DNA of 35,217 bases from Guillardia theta CCMP2712 (taxonomy: Eukaryota; Protista; Cryptophyta). Below, piece by piece: positions 12,196 to 23,995 of this stretch. Positions within the stretch are counted from its first letter, which is position 1; the number at the start of each line of letters is the position of its first letter. Where the stretch lies: positions 23,295-58,511 of the forward strand of contig NW_005434658.1 of NCBI RefSeq assembly GCF_000315625.1, read 5' to 3'. The position numbers and the translations under genes were made by a program. The notes below the pieces were generated by a model, which made no database searches, was not told the origin of the DNA, and saw nothing but the letters and a program-made list of their open reading frames with translations.

Positions 12196-13368
12196 GCAGC
12201 GGAGGAGAGGGAGGGAGCGAGGGAGGAGGAGGGGAAGGGAGAGGAGGAGGGGCAGGGAGGACGAGGACGAGGACGAGGACGAAGACGAGGAAAGTTCTCA
12301 AACTGATCTTATATTGGTGCTCCCAGACAACGGAGCGGGTCATACGTGCTCGGATTCCGGGTAGATCCTCCGGTTCCGAAACTTGCCATCGTCATGAAGG
12401 AGGTTGGTTGCCCTTGCGGGGACCCGGGAGATGTTGGTTGACGCTTCTTGAACAGATCACTTCTTTGTATGAGACCTATTCCACTGAGCCCATCTATGGT
12501 GTGCAGGTAAGTTTTGAGATGCGATGCGATGCGATGAGATGAGATGAGATGAGATGAGATGAGATGAGATGAGATGGGGCGATGGGGATGGGGGGCGGGA
12601 ACTCATGATAGCTTGTGAGGAGCTTGTGGGGGCAGCGCTCACTGACATGAGCTCGTCTTCAACAGTACATCGTCGAGGAGCAGGCTCCGAAGCTGAAGGA
12701 CCTGCAAGTAGGAAGCTGACTACCCCGCGTCGTCGTGCTGAGAGGAGACATCATCGCAGGTCCAGCGGGTGGTCGACGACGTGGAAATCATCGACAACGA
12801 TGAAGGTGATGGGATCAACGTCTGTGAGGCTGAGCTGTGACGGTGGTGCCTGTCTGCCGCAGCCAACTATGACGCTCTTGCTGCCTACTGCACCGACGGG
12901 TCACAGGGAGTTGACAGGTGAAGGACGTTGTTGTATCCCTTGCTGCGGCTCAGGGAACCTCCGCCCCCGCGCTCCTCCTCATGTCATATGAGGAACAGCT
13001 TTCATAGCTTTCGTCTCGCTCCCTTCCTCCTTCATTTCCCGTTTTCGATGCCTTTGTTTTCCTCTCCTTGCCTTTCCTCATCCTCCTGCCTTCCTCTACC
13101 TCCTCTCTTTCCTCCTCCTTTCGCTCTTTCTCGCCCCCCTATCTCTCCTTCTCCTCCTCCTCCCTCTCCTCCTTCACCTCCTCCTCCCTCTCCTCCTCTT
13201 CCTGCTGCACTAGGTGATCATCTATCTTCAGAGATCCTGTATACAATGACCATCTCGGTCTTGCCGTCGAAACGTTGCCGGTGAGAAAGAGGGGAAAGCA
13301 CAACGACAGGCTGATATGATTGCCTTCAGGAAAATCTCACCATCGAGCAACTTTGGAGTGTTTTGTGA
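11184..13368 (+). CDS. BBS5: Bardet-Biedl syndrome 5 protein (BBSome subunit), multi-exon
   Basis: [53 protein letters not shown]; next exon [41 protein letters not shown]; C-terminal exons [16 protein letters not shown] / [12 protein letters not shown] (TGA 13366-13368). Confidence 0.97.
12516..12575. repeat. (GATGC)n/(GAGAT)n pentanucleotide repeat in a BBS5 intron
   Basis: Directly visible. Confidence 0.95.
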
Positions 13369-13388
13369 TGAGATTGAGGAGTGAGAGG

Positions 13389-13448
13389 CAGGAGGAGGAG
13401 GAGGAGGAGGAGGAGGAGGAGGAGGAGGAGGAGGAGGAGGAGGAGGAG
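13389..13448. repeat. (GGA)n microsatellite downstream of BBS5
   Basis: Directly visible. Confidence 0.95.
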
Positions 13449-13904
13449 AGGGAGAAATTACTGGGTGTTGACGTGAAAGGAAGAGGCTGTGGATAGAAAG
13501 GGGAGGAAGAAGGGTGGAGACGACGCATGGAAATTGAGGAAATTTGATGGACGATGGAAGAAAGAAGGGAAATGATAGAGGGAGACTCGTTGCTAAAAGA
13601 CGATGTCGAGAAACAAGATTGCATGAAGAGTAATGTGAAGCACGACATTTGTGTTGATGTACAAGATTTGCTATGATTACAAACACTGAATAGATGTACA
13701 AGCCCCTGTAAGGAGCAAAACTGCGGACGCGGATGCGGACTTGAAAGCAGAGCAGGGAGTCAGGAAAACTCTCCTCCTCCTCCTGCTCTCTCCTCCTTGT
13801 TGACTCCTGACACCTCCTCCCCTCCTCCCTGCCGTCCTCGTCCTCCTCCTCGTCCTCCTCCTCGTCCAAACACACTCACTATCCTCTCGCTGCCGCCTCC
13901 TCCA

Positions 13905-14635
13905 TCATTTCTCGCCCTTCAAACTTGCATTCTCGCTCATGAGCCTTTCAATAATCGTGTCGCTTCTTTGAATGCACTTGTCCTTGTTCTCGACCTACCA
14001 TCCCATCAGGACCGCAGGGAGGATGCAAACACCTTCACCAGCTTCTCCAGCTGCTCCACCTTGCCGCAGACCTCCCGCATCCTCTCCATCTCTGACCTGG
14101 CAGTACCACCGGTGAAGACAGGATCGCAAACAATCACAGAGAAATTGAGCTCTACCTCAAGCCCTCCTGCGCCTTCTCCGCCTCCTTCAGCTTGGCATCC
14201 TTCTCCTTCAGCCAGCCCTCGGCGCTGCTCAGCTCCTTCTCAAACCTCCTCGTCTTGCCCCAGCACACGTCAGCCCCTCCCTCCCGCTGCCAGCGTCAAG
14301 GTCAAAGTACCTCCTGCTGCAATTGTGCGCTGATCCTGGCGATCTCGGAGGAAAACTGCTTCCCTTCCCTCGTCTTCTCTTCCTTAGTTGCTCGCAGCTC
14401 CTCCTCTATCCCCTTCGTCTTCTCCATCAGCTGCCAAAGAAGCATCAGCAGGAGGTTGAAGGCTGCTGTTCCGGTGTTACAAAGGTGACTTTCTCCGCCA
14501 GCGAGCGATTCTCCTCCTGCAGGTAACGAATGTCCTTGACCATCTTGCTCTGCGGAATATAAAGAATCACACAGAGTAGGGTGGAAGGGAGACGATGAAG
14601 ACATCATCCTCATCATCATCATCATCATCATCATC

Positions 14636-14667
<32 letters not shown>

Positions 14668-17226
14668 GTCAATCAATCAATCACAACAAACAAACAAACA
14701 AAAAAAAAGACAAACAACCACAACCACAACCGAGATGACACTGAACATCAACATCAGAACCACGAAACACTCGTCTCCTCACATGTTCATCCTGAACGCT
14801 TGCCAGCTTAGTCTCGATCTTCATCTTCTCACTCTGGCCCGAGCAAACTCCCTGCCCCCACCCTCAGCATCCCTCCAGCACATAGACACCTCCCATTCAC
14901 ATGCTCTAGCTCCTCTATCTTCTCCTTCTGCTCCCTTGACATCTGCGTTGCCCTGTCCAGCTCCTCCTGCAGTTTCCTTCTGCAGTGATCCTCCTCCTCC
15001 TGTGCCCCCCCCTAGTCAGTATGCTCGAGGCCTCGAGCGCAGGGGATCTGACCTCTCTCCTCCTCTTCTCTGCTTGCAGACTCTCGATCTGCTCCTCCTG
15101 CCGCTTCAAGGAGCCCACCATCTCCTTCTTCTCCCTTGACATCTGCACCTCACAGATCAGGATCTCCTCCTCCTCCTCCTCCTCCTCCTCCTCCTCCTCC
15201 TCCTCCTCCTCCTCCTCCTCCTCCTCCTCCTCCTCACTTCTTCTACAGTTCGTCCGAGGTCAGCGGCTCGCTTCTCAATAGCCGACTTCTCCTCTTGTAG
15301 GGACTTGATCAACTTCTCCTGCTCCTGCCTCCTCCTCTCCTCCTGCTCCCTCCGCGCCTTCTCCTCCTTCCCAGCCCTGTCCACCTCGGCCTCAAGCTCT
15401 CTCACTCGCTTCCTCGAGCTGCATCCCACCGTCAGCCCAACGTCAACGGCTCCGACAAGACTCTACAAACCTCTCAGTCGCCATGTTCGCCTTGTCTAAT
15501 TCACTCCTCGACCTCGCTAGCTCCTTCGCGCTCTCCTCCGCCTTACACATTCTCACTCATGAAAAACGACAACTTGTCCTGATACCTGCTGTCTCAATCG
15601 CTCCTTCTCTTCCTTGTCTTTCTTCTGTTCCTCAAGCAACTTGCCCAGTGCTTCGGTCTTCTCCGCCAACATTGCTTGCAACTTCAGATTCTGCAAGAAA
15701 CTCAGTTGAGTGCCACCACCATCATCATCATCATCATCACTACCACCAGCGCCATCAGCAGCATTACCACTATCACCATCGCCAACTCCTTCTCCGGAAC
15801 TATCATTATCAATTTTCATCATCATCATCACCATCACCATCACCATCACCATCACCATCAGCAGCATTACCACTATCACCATCGCCATCACCATCGCCAT
15901 CACCATCGCCATCACCATCACCATCACCATCATCATCGCCATCATCACCTGGTCTTGACTATCTCGACTGTCCGAGCTCAAATTTTGCAAGGTCTCCGTC
16001 AGCCCCTTAATCTTCTCCTCGTCCTCCTTCATCTTCTTGTCGGCAAATTGCATCCTTTCCGTCAGAGCACTCAGCTCCTGCGCTTGTGAGGCGATGACAG
16101 CGTCTCGTCCCTTCACTTCTTGCTCTGACTGTATCAGCTGCCCAGTCCTCTCACCTAAATCTTTCTTTGTCCTCTCCAACTCTACTTTCAACGCCTCTCC
16201 CTCCCTCTCTAGCCCGGATACCTTTCCCTCCAGTGTGCTTCTGGTATGTATCAACATCGCCTCAAGCTTCGTGCACGTCTGCTGTGTTGGAACAAGCTCT
16301 TCTTCCCTCAACTTCTTCATCGCATTTTGTAGTGATAAACTCTCGCTCTTCACCTGCTGCAGCTGTTTGTTCAGATCCCCTATCACATTGAAGCTGTCGT
16401 CCTTGGATCTCTGCAAGGTCTCAAGGCTCTGGCTGAGACTGTTCTTCTCTGACTGCAACACTGACATTTTATCTTGCATCACAGACATCTCCTTCTCGTA
16501 TCGCAACTTGTCTCCTTCCAGCGCCTCCACCCTGCCACGGAACATCGCCAGGTCCTGCTCATACTTCTTGACCTGAATCGTAAGCTTCCTCCCTTCTTCC
16601 TCAGACTTCCTCGCCCTCTCCTGCTTGCTTCTGACATCATCTTCAAGTCTTTGACACTTTGCATTCGTCTCCTTCATCTTCTCTGCGGTGCTGAACAACT
16701 CCTGCTCCAACACCGACAAGGCGCTCTTGGAGGTTTTCGCATGCTCGCGCGCTTCATGCAGCGCGGCTTCCAGCGTCGCAAGGTTCCTGTCCTTGGCCGT
16801 CGACTTGAGCATCTCATCTTTCATCAGATCGTATTCCTTGCTCATGGCAAGCGCACTCTTCTCCAGCTCCTCCGCCTTCTTCTTCAGCTTCTTGTTCTTC
16901 TCAATCTCCTCGTCCAGCCGCTTCTCAGTGTTGGAATACTTCTCGAGCAGCTGATCAAACGCCTCCTTCCTTCTTGCATGCTCTTTCTGTAGCTCTTGCA
17001 GACTCTGCTGCCCCTTCTCTTCAACCTGCACGGTACCACGCGGGGTCTCCTTTGCCTGGTGCCGCCTTCCCGATGGCAGGGAGGAGGACGACGACGACGA
17101 CGAGCGAGAGAGTGAGGAGAGAGAGGAAGAGATTGGTAGACCTGAAGGATGAGAGGAGGAGGAGGGAGGCCTGATCGAAGGAAGCTTCTTCCCTTCCTCC
17201 ATTCCGCTCCTCCTCCCTTCCTTCAT
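13905..17226 (-). CDS. Long coiled-coil protein of unknown function, multi-exon
   Basis: Large E/K/L-rich heptad exon 17226-15949 after an S-rich N-terminus; resumes at 15690 (NLKLQAMLAEK). Further coiled-coil exons follow; the last gives VENKDKCIQRSDTIIERLMSENASLKGEK* (TGA 13905-13907). The start codon (17226 or 17202) is uncertain. Confidence 0.75.
14609..14700. repeat. (CAT)n(ATCA)n(AAAC)n compound microsatellite, intronic
   Basis: Directly visible. Confidence 0.95.
15716..15947. repeat. (CCATCA)/(CAT) repeat region with an internal 33-bp direct duplication (15752-15784 = 15855-15887)
   Basis: ccatcagcagcattaccactatcaccatcgcca occurs twice; the region lies inside intron 15948-15691. Confidence 0.9.
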
Positions 17227-17549
17227 TGCCCGATCGCCATGCGCCAACGGCAGGTCGACGGTTATTCTTGTGTAACGTCGATAGAATTGAAGGGGCGGGC
17301 AGAGGACCGGGCCCGGCGGCCCGGCGCCCGGCCCGACGGTGATCAGACAGCCGCTGAGCCAGGCTGCCCCCCGGGGCTAGTGGGATAAGTGTACAAGTCA
17401 CTCAAGTTTCACTGATAATCACTGCCGGAGTCCGGGCGGACTCCGTATCATGAAGTTAAGTCACGCCGCGTCTGAGTCCGATCCGAGTCAAGGCCCTTGA
17501 TCGGTTCGGCCGTTGAATGTGCCGCTGCACCTTGTGAAGCCTCGAGGTC

Positions 17550-18834
17550 TCAGAGTTCATCTCGGCTCGGAGGCTGGTCTCCCGGTTCATCCAACTCGAT
17601 GTCAGACAGATCGAAGTCCACCTGTACTTCGGGAGTCAGTCACATCATCCCGGGCATGATGAAGTTAAGCGCAAAACTCTCGGACTCTCACACGCACCGG
17701 CGGTGGGTGCACCATCGTGCTCCTTCTCCTCCTCCTTCCAACGTGCTTGTAAGGCCACTTCTCTAACCCCAGTCTTCTGCAAACAACTTTCAACGTAGAC
17801 TTGCCAATCCCCTGGCAAGCACGTCAGGTCCCGAGCGAGCAAGGATGAGGGGTCAAGAACTTTACCAGCTTCTTCGAGGCCTCCTGCATGCTCTGATCGA
17901 AGTGACTAGACAGAGTCTCGTAGCTGATCTCCACTTTGTTCTTTCCAGTCAAACTGCCCTTCCGAGCGCAGACTATCACTATGGGGCCTCCATCCGCCTC
18001 CTCTCCTCCAGCCGCCTCCTCCAATTTTCGCGACTCCTCTTCTCTCCTTGTGGAGCCTGAGATGTCGCCATTCAAGACCATCGCGGCAGAGAACCCTGCC
18101 AGCTCTTCATCTGACGATTCTCGAGGATGTTCCTCAGGCATTTGTGAGAATGCTTGTCTGGCTGGGAGGTAGCTGAAGGTCTGATCTGTCTGCAAGTCTT
18201 GTGCTACCACATCCGTCGCATTCTGCTGGACGTCTGCTGGAAGAGAGCTCGGCGGGCCCAGCATGGCTACCCCCGCGTAGCTCAGCCGCGCCCCATCGTC
18301 TAGGCCGCAGGGCATTAAGACCACTTGACCGTACGACGGTCTGTCGCAGCTGAGTCCTCCTGCTGAGGTGGTCGGATGACCTGCAGGCGTCAGATCTCCC
18401 GGAGTTGTGCCATTGTGACAAGTCTCGTCTCCCTCTCTCCAGACATGCTGGCCCCACGCGTCCTGTCTGCAAGCATCGTTGTATGCTGGTAGCATGTCGC
18501 TCTGGGAAGCAGACAGGAAGTCTTGATGTGCATGCCCTGATATGTACACATTCTCTGAAATGTTGACGTATGGATCGGCAAGATTGACGAGGCTCTGTTG
18601 ACACTCACCAGTGACTGGAAGATGGAGTTGGCATGGAGCTTGCGTGTCCTGCTGCAGGTCCGTCATGCGCGCATGACCACAACTTGTTTCTGCGCTGCTT
18701 GTTCCGTTGACATAGGGATAGTAGCACGCGACATGGGGTGACATCCACTCCGTAAGAGGCGGGCATGATGTGGTATTCAAGGGGAAGGGCGAACTTGGAT
18801 CCTGCATGGAAATGTTCTGCTGATCCATCATCAT
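17550..18834 (-). CDS. RWP-RK domain transcription factor
   Basis: Exon 18834-17866 ends EISYETLSSHFDQSMQEASKKL. A 54-nt intron (17865-17812) leads to GIGKSTLKVVCRRLGLEKWPYKHVGRRRRR, the RWP-RK helix-turn-helix motif. A tentative last exon gives VDFDLSDIELDEPGDQPPSRDEL*. Confidence 0.88.
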
Positions 18835-20276
18835 AAGAGAGCAATCCTCAGTGTATCTCGTCGTGCAACGAGGATGACAAGGATATCATCGATAAAGTTG
18901 GAGCGCTCCTGTTCCTGTCGTAAGGATGCACGTATTACAACCTTTTCTTGTTACAGAGTTCATGCATTTGCAGACAAGTGTTGATTAGAATGTTACTAAC
19001 CATCACTGACATCATCTCATCTAAACTTTCTACAGTTCAATCTTCTGTTTTCACCTCTTGCTTTCTCCTCCTCTCCTTCCCCCTCCTCTCCCACCTACGG
19101 TATTCCCCCACTCCCTGTTCCCGCCCAGTTGCGCGGACCTACTCGACCAACAGGCCAGCCCCCGCCCAGGCTTTTTTTCTGCGGTCAAATTATCCGATTC
19201 CACCCCCAGACCCTCTCACTCCACCCCCTCCTTTCCCAGGGCTTTTAAGGACCTCGGATGGGTACCCCACGGCCCTGACCACCCTACCCGGTTCGGCTCT
19301 GGGGCCGTTCCGAAACTGTTGACTAATGATACTCAATTACCCCACCCCCCCTATTGACCGGCAACCACCCTCCGGGCCCACCTAGGGGTCGTCCAGAGCA
19401 TGAGGAACCAGCCGCTGACGGGGGCTCGATAATTCAATTTTAGGTCCTTTTTTTTTCCGGGGGGTTGAGTAATCAACTTATTAGGTCCCGGAGGCTCAAA
19501 GTTGAGTAATAACAACTTGGGGTCACCCGGGTTGAGTTAAGTAAACAGCTGGGTACCGGGGAGGCTGACAGGCTCTGGCTGGCAATATGGACGGATGGTT
19601 CGGAGCTTACCGAGAGGCTTTTAGTTATTTTCTTACTACCGGGCCGCCACTACTACTACACTGATGAGTCTTTTTTCAGCCTAGTAACGTTTTGGCCCCT
19701 TTAATCAACTTGCTTTTTCGACCGTCGAGCGCGAGTTGACTTAATATTAGTACCAGAATGAAATTGAACTTGGTCTGCGTTAGTCTCCTCAAATCGCAAC
19801 TTCCTGGCAACGCCGGTTCGTCATCGGTAAACGTCGCCGGACGACCGGGCCACCGTGACCCCGGCCACACCGCGTTCACGGTCACGTGCTGGCATCATCC
19901 TCGGCACGGCCCCGCGCCATGAACGGTACCCTGATCGTTTCCCAAAATTTTGGATCATGATCAATATATTATTGTCCTCGTACTGATCTTTAACTTAACT
20001 TTGAGTAAAGGATCAATGAAAGCTGCTATGATGCAGATCCCGGTCCGATCCCCCAAGCAATCATTGCTCGAGACCCGGTGACCGTCGCCGGAGTCGGTTA
20101 ATTAACTTCGGCGGCTCAGGGCACCGTCTCACACTACGCGCGGCCGCACGTGACGGCCGCACCCGCATACCTACGCCGTACGCTACGCCGCGGCCGGTGA
20201 CCGTCTGACCGTCCACGCCGACCCTCAGCCCTGAGTCACGGGCGAGTATTGTCTGTTACTGTTTTACACCTCTTTT

Positions 20277-23032
20277 TCATTGTTCTCTTATGCGCTGCCC
20301 AGGGTCATCAGTGACAGTCCTGGCAAGTCCTGCCGAGCGATAAGCCGAGAGGAAGAAGTGAGGAGGGAGGAAAGGGATAGCTTGCGAGAGATGTTGCGTT
20401 CCTCCTTGTCTGTTGCGTGATACACTTCCTGTATAACAACAGCCATAAGAAATGACGTGAATTATCCATGGTTTGCTCGCACATCTTCTGTAGTTTCTGC
20501 CTGCTGAACCAGCGTAAGGATACAGCATTTCGATACCATTCACCAATCTCCCTTGACATCCCCCCTACCCATCCACCCAAAACACACTCCCCACTTCTTC
20601 CTCCTCACCTTTGATGAGACAACTTCTCCCTCCTCGTTGATGCCTTCAAGCACCATCTTCTCGGGCTCCTTCTCCTCCTGCAGTGCTGCCACTAAGAGTC
20701 TGCTACCTGCCCCTTATTCCACCTCTTCATTCTCGACAAAGATCTCCAAGAACTCCGACGTCACCTGAGTGCCATCAACACATGCAGCACGGAGTTGTAA
20801 TCCGAAAGACCTCTTTCTATCCCTGGAGGGCTGCCCCCGAGCCTGTCAAGGCTTCGCAACCAGGAACTTTTGGCAGATCCTTGTTGTTCATCTTGGCGAG
20901 CTCTTGCATCATCTGTTTCACCTGCAGCGCATGTGTCATCTTGGTGGCTCGAGCTTTTCTCCCAGTACCTGTGTCCACACCAAGCAACGTTCTCGCAACG
21001 CTTTCACGAGCTTAGAGAAGGTGATCCCCGAGTCCCGGAGCTGCAAGGTGGCATCATTGAAAACTGCACCCAACTTGTTCGCCCATACCAACGGAGCCTT
21101 GATGTTGCTGCTGTCGCCCGAGTCTCTCGCTGGGAAGGTCATGCATCCTATAGTCTGGAAGAGGAAGCAGAGTCAGAGGGATAGCCAAGAACTCAATGCC
21201 TCACCTGCGCCCATTTGTATGGTCGTCCGGGACTGTTGGGATCGTTCAATGCCCGAGGACGACGAGTGATGATGTTAATCTACAGGTAGTCGTTTGCGAC
21301 CAGTGGAGAGTAGATTCCTGACTGCGTTGAAGTGTCAATGTTGAACGTCTAGGACAAGCAGGACAAGCAGAATCACATCGTTAGAAAAGAGGTCTTGGAG
21401 GAAGGAGGGCTCCTTCTCCTTGGAGCTGAGCTCATGCTGAACAACCACAATCTGTGGAGTAGAACCAGTCAGTACAAGGCATGGTCATCTGAGGTTCATC
21501 TCGAAAGGTACGACCTGTAGCGTTGTCAAATACGAGAAGGTAAGAGTAATCGTTGGAGCAGCCGATGGAGAATCGTCTGCCTTCGGGGGAATTCTGAGCT
21601 TCAAGAACAACGGATGTGGTTTTGTCAAGGATCCTTCTTCATTTTCCTCCATATCATTATTCTTCTTTTTCCTGCAAAAAACCGCTTTTCAGTCACCAGC
21701 AAATCTCCAGCACAACACAACCTTCGCTTCTTTCCATCTGTCCCAGGAGTAGGAGGAACAGCAGTTGCCTGCCGAGACCATGTCAACAAGGAAGCTTGCA
21801 ACAAGGTTTGCCTCACCTGCGCTTTCATAAGCCTCAGTTAAGTCGCCTTCGATGCTCACTTTCACATCCTCTCCGAACGCAACATCATACGAATGAGCCT
21901 TGGCCGCACAATCGTAACCAATCCGAAGGAGACACAGGTAACGAGCCGGAGTCACCTGATAGTATATCGAGTACAGAGGGCTAGGCAATAACGATGCTGT
22001 CGCAGCCAAGTCCGAGTGCAGGGAGGGAAGGGGCGCTGACTTGTTGAACTCCTTCCTCACTGGCTCTGCAACATTGTAGATCGCATCGAGATGAGCTGTA
22101 GCGCCATCAGCTTCCAAGTACAAACATAGTGACAAGCTCAAAACCTTGCAATCCGTCAAGAAACTTCCGCTGGGAAGTCAGCTTGCCCTCGTACAATTGC
22201 TTGCGAAGTTCTTCGACGCAGCTTTTCAGCTACAAGAAGCCTCCATCAAACACACGATGAACCTTGTTGTTTCAAAGACTTGATCATCTCTTCCCTCTGA
22301 TTGTGCTCTTTGTTCAAACGATTCAGCTCGTACTCGTGAGACCTAGTCTCCGTCACTAAAGCCTTGCTGTCGTCATCCAGCACAGTACCCGCGAGGCCCT
22401 CCACGCTCTTCAGGGGTTGTCATTTCTTCAAAATCTTCTTCAGATATCAAGTCATCGACTGGGGAGATCCTGGTCATTTCAATCCACGGGAATTCAAAGC
22501 CCTCACATGCATGGCCCTTGTAATTCAAGCACACCTGCAACTCTCTGCTGAGATGGATTTTCTGATACTGGAGGTTTTGAAGCTGAATACGTTATCATCA
22601 GACCAAGTGTTCTGCTGAGAGGTGTACACAACAGCGAGCCGCACGGACTGGGTCGTACGCTAGCAACTCCAAAGAGATCACGGACGGCACATCAATACAT
22701 AACAAGAGACTATATCATTCAGATGCTCTGTTCTCACAAAGAATTGTGTAGACAGTACTCTACCTGCTGGCTCACTTGATCTGTCTTGATCCTTTCTGCC
22801 TCAGCGGCCGAGAGCATCCGGTCGGCTGCCTCGGGCGCGTCCCTGTTGGCCTTGCGCACTGGGCCTCTGCCATCTTGACCACACACATCCTTGCCGCTTC
22901 CTTCAAGCTCGAGCTGGACTTCTCTGTCTTGAGTCTCTCCCCCACCAGCTCCCCCACCAGCTCCCCCACCATCCCTCGCAGCTTCTTCGTTGTCCGCATG
23001 AAGCGCTCGAGCTCCTTCACCTGCCCTGCCAT
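20277..23032 (-). CDS. THOC5: THO complex subunit 5 (FMIP/THOC5), multi-exon; 3' boundary approximate
   Basis: Exons encode LQNLQYQKIHLSRELQVCLNYK, HEYELNRLNKEHNQREEM, ASLLPSPLYSIYYQ...VKVSIEGDLTEA, TITLTFSYLTTLQ and APLVWANKLG. These match, in order, the THOC5 motifs LQLQNLLYEVMHLQKEI, HQQTLARLDWELEQR, ARHLPPPLYVLFVQ...VAIEGSVDEA, LHLTFYYL and PYLWVQKLGG. Confidence 0.85.
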
Positions 23033-23356
23033 GATCTCTGCTTCTGCATCGCCGTTACAGCCGTTACATAAATTACTGTGTTCAGTCCTCTCGGGCCCGG
23101 CAGCGGCCGGCCCCGGGCGGCGTCACGGCGTCCGATCACGGTGACGGTGACGGTCAGTGACCCCGGGCGCAGTACGGTACGGTCTAAGTTTCCGTGGCAT
23201 CGAGCATCATGATACCATCTGTAGAAGGCTGCCACACCCGAACTGCCACAGTGCGGCAGACCGTCGTTGCACGGCCCGTTCCGATCGGATCGGACCGTCG
23301 GTCACGCCGCGGCGCCGCCCTGCCAGTGGGCCGGGGGCCGGGCCGCCGCGGCCTCC

Positions 23357-23575
23357 TGACTCAGTGACTCAGTGCCTGTCACGGAGTACTAGGCTACGTG
23401 ACGGTGACTCACTGAGTCAGGCTGGCCGGGCAGGCTGACTGGCCCGGGCATCAGACGGTTGGCAGTTTTCACGGAGTCCGACACGATAGAGTTTTATTGT
23501 GGCTCGTGCAGCCTCGAGGCTAGCTGAAGTCACTCAGAAGTTTGACCGTGATTGACAAAGTCGCACCGTGACTCA
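23357..23575. promoter_or_regulatory. Cluster of TGA(C/G)TCA (AP-1/GCN4-type bZIP) motifs upstream of THOC5
   Basis: TGACTCA at 23357, 23365, 23405 and 23569, TGAGTCA at 23413; 23405-23419 is a perfect inverted pair. Function is inferred only. Confidence 0.35.
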
Positions 23576-23995
23576 TCATTTATAGCAGCCACTCACGGTT
23601 ACTAGATGATGGTTTTGAAGTACTCAGTACCGTAGGAAAATCCGCATCATCAGTCTTCACCCGTTCGAGTCGGCTCAGTTGCCGAAGGTCAAAATACACT
23701 GACAACTGTGACTTAGTATCCAACGATGAAGAGGCGGAAGCTGTTCAGGCTACGCGTAGCCCTTCAAGTTACAGCGCTTTGTACCTAGTTGAGCAATATC
23801 AACCCAAGGATGTCTCCAAAGGGTCCACTTCCCCGTACATGCTCTGTGAGCATTCAAAATTGACAAGGCTGAATACTATTTGTGTCAAGCGAGCTCCAAC
23901 GCACATGTTGGCTTGCACCTGTCAGTGAGGAAAATTTCTTTCAAGAATTCAGGCATCCATGACTCATCGATGTTCATTTCATCAATTTCCAAGTG

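Noticed and set aside
17426-17445. CGGAGTCCG-GG-CGGACTCCG hairpin as a Helitron 3' end or terminator
   Set aside because: No CTRR at the expected distance on either strand and no U-tract; treated as part of the palindrome island.
19441-19562. CRISPR-like repeat-spacer array
   Set aside because: Only three degenerate units, irregular spacing, eukaryotic context and no cas genes.
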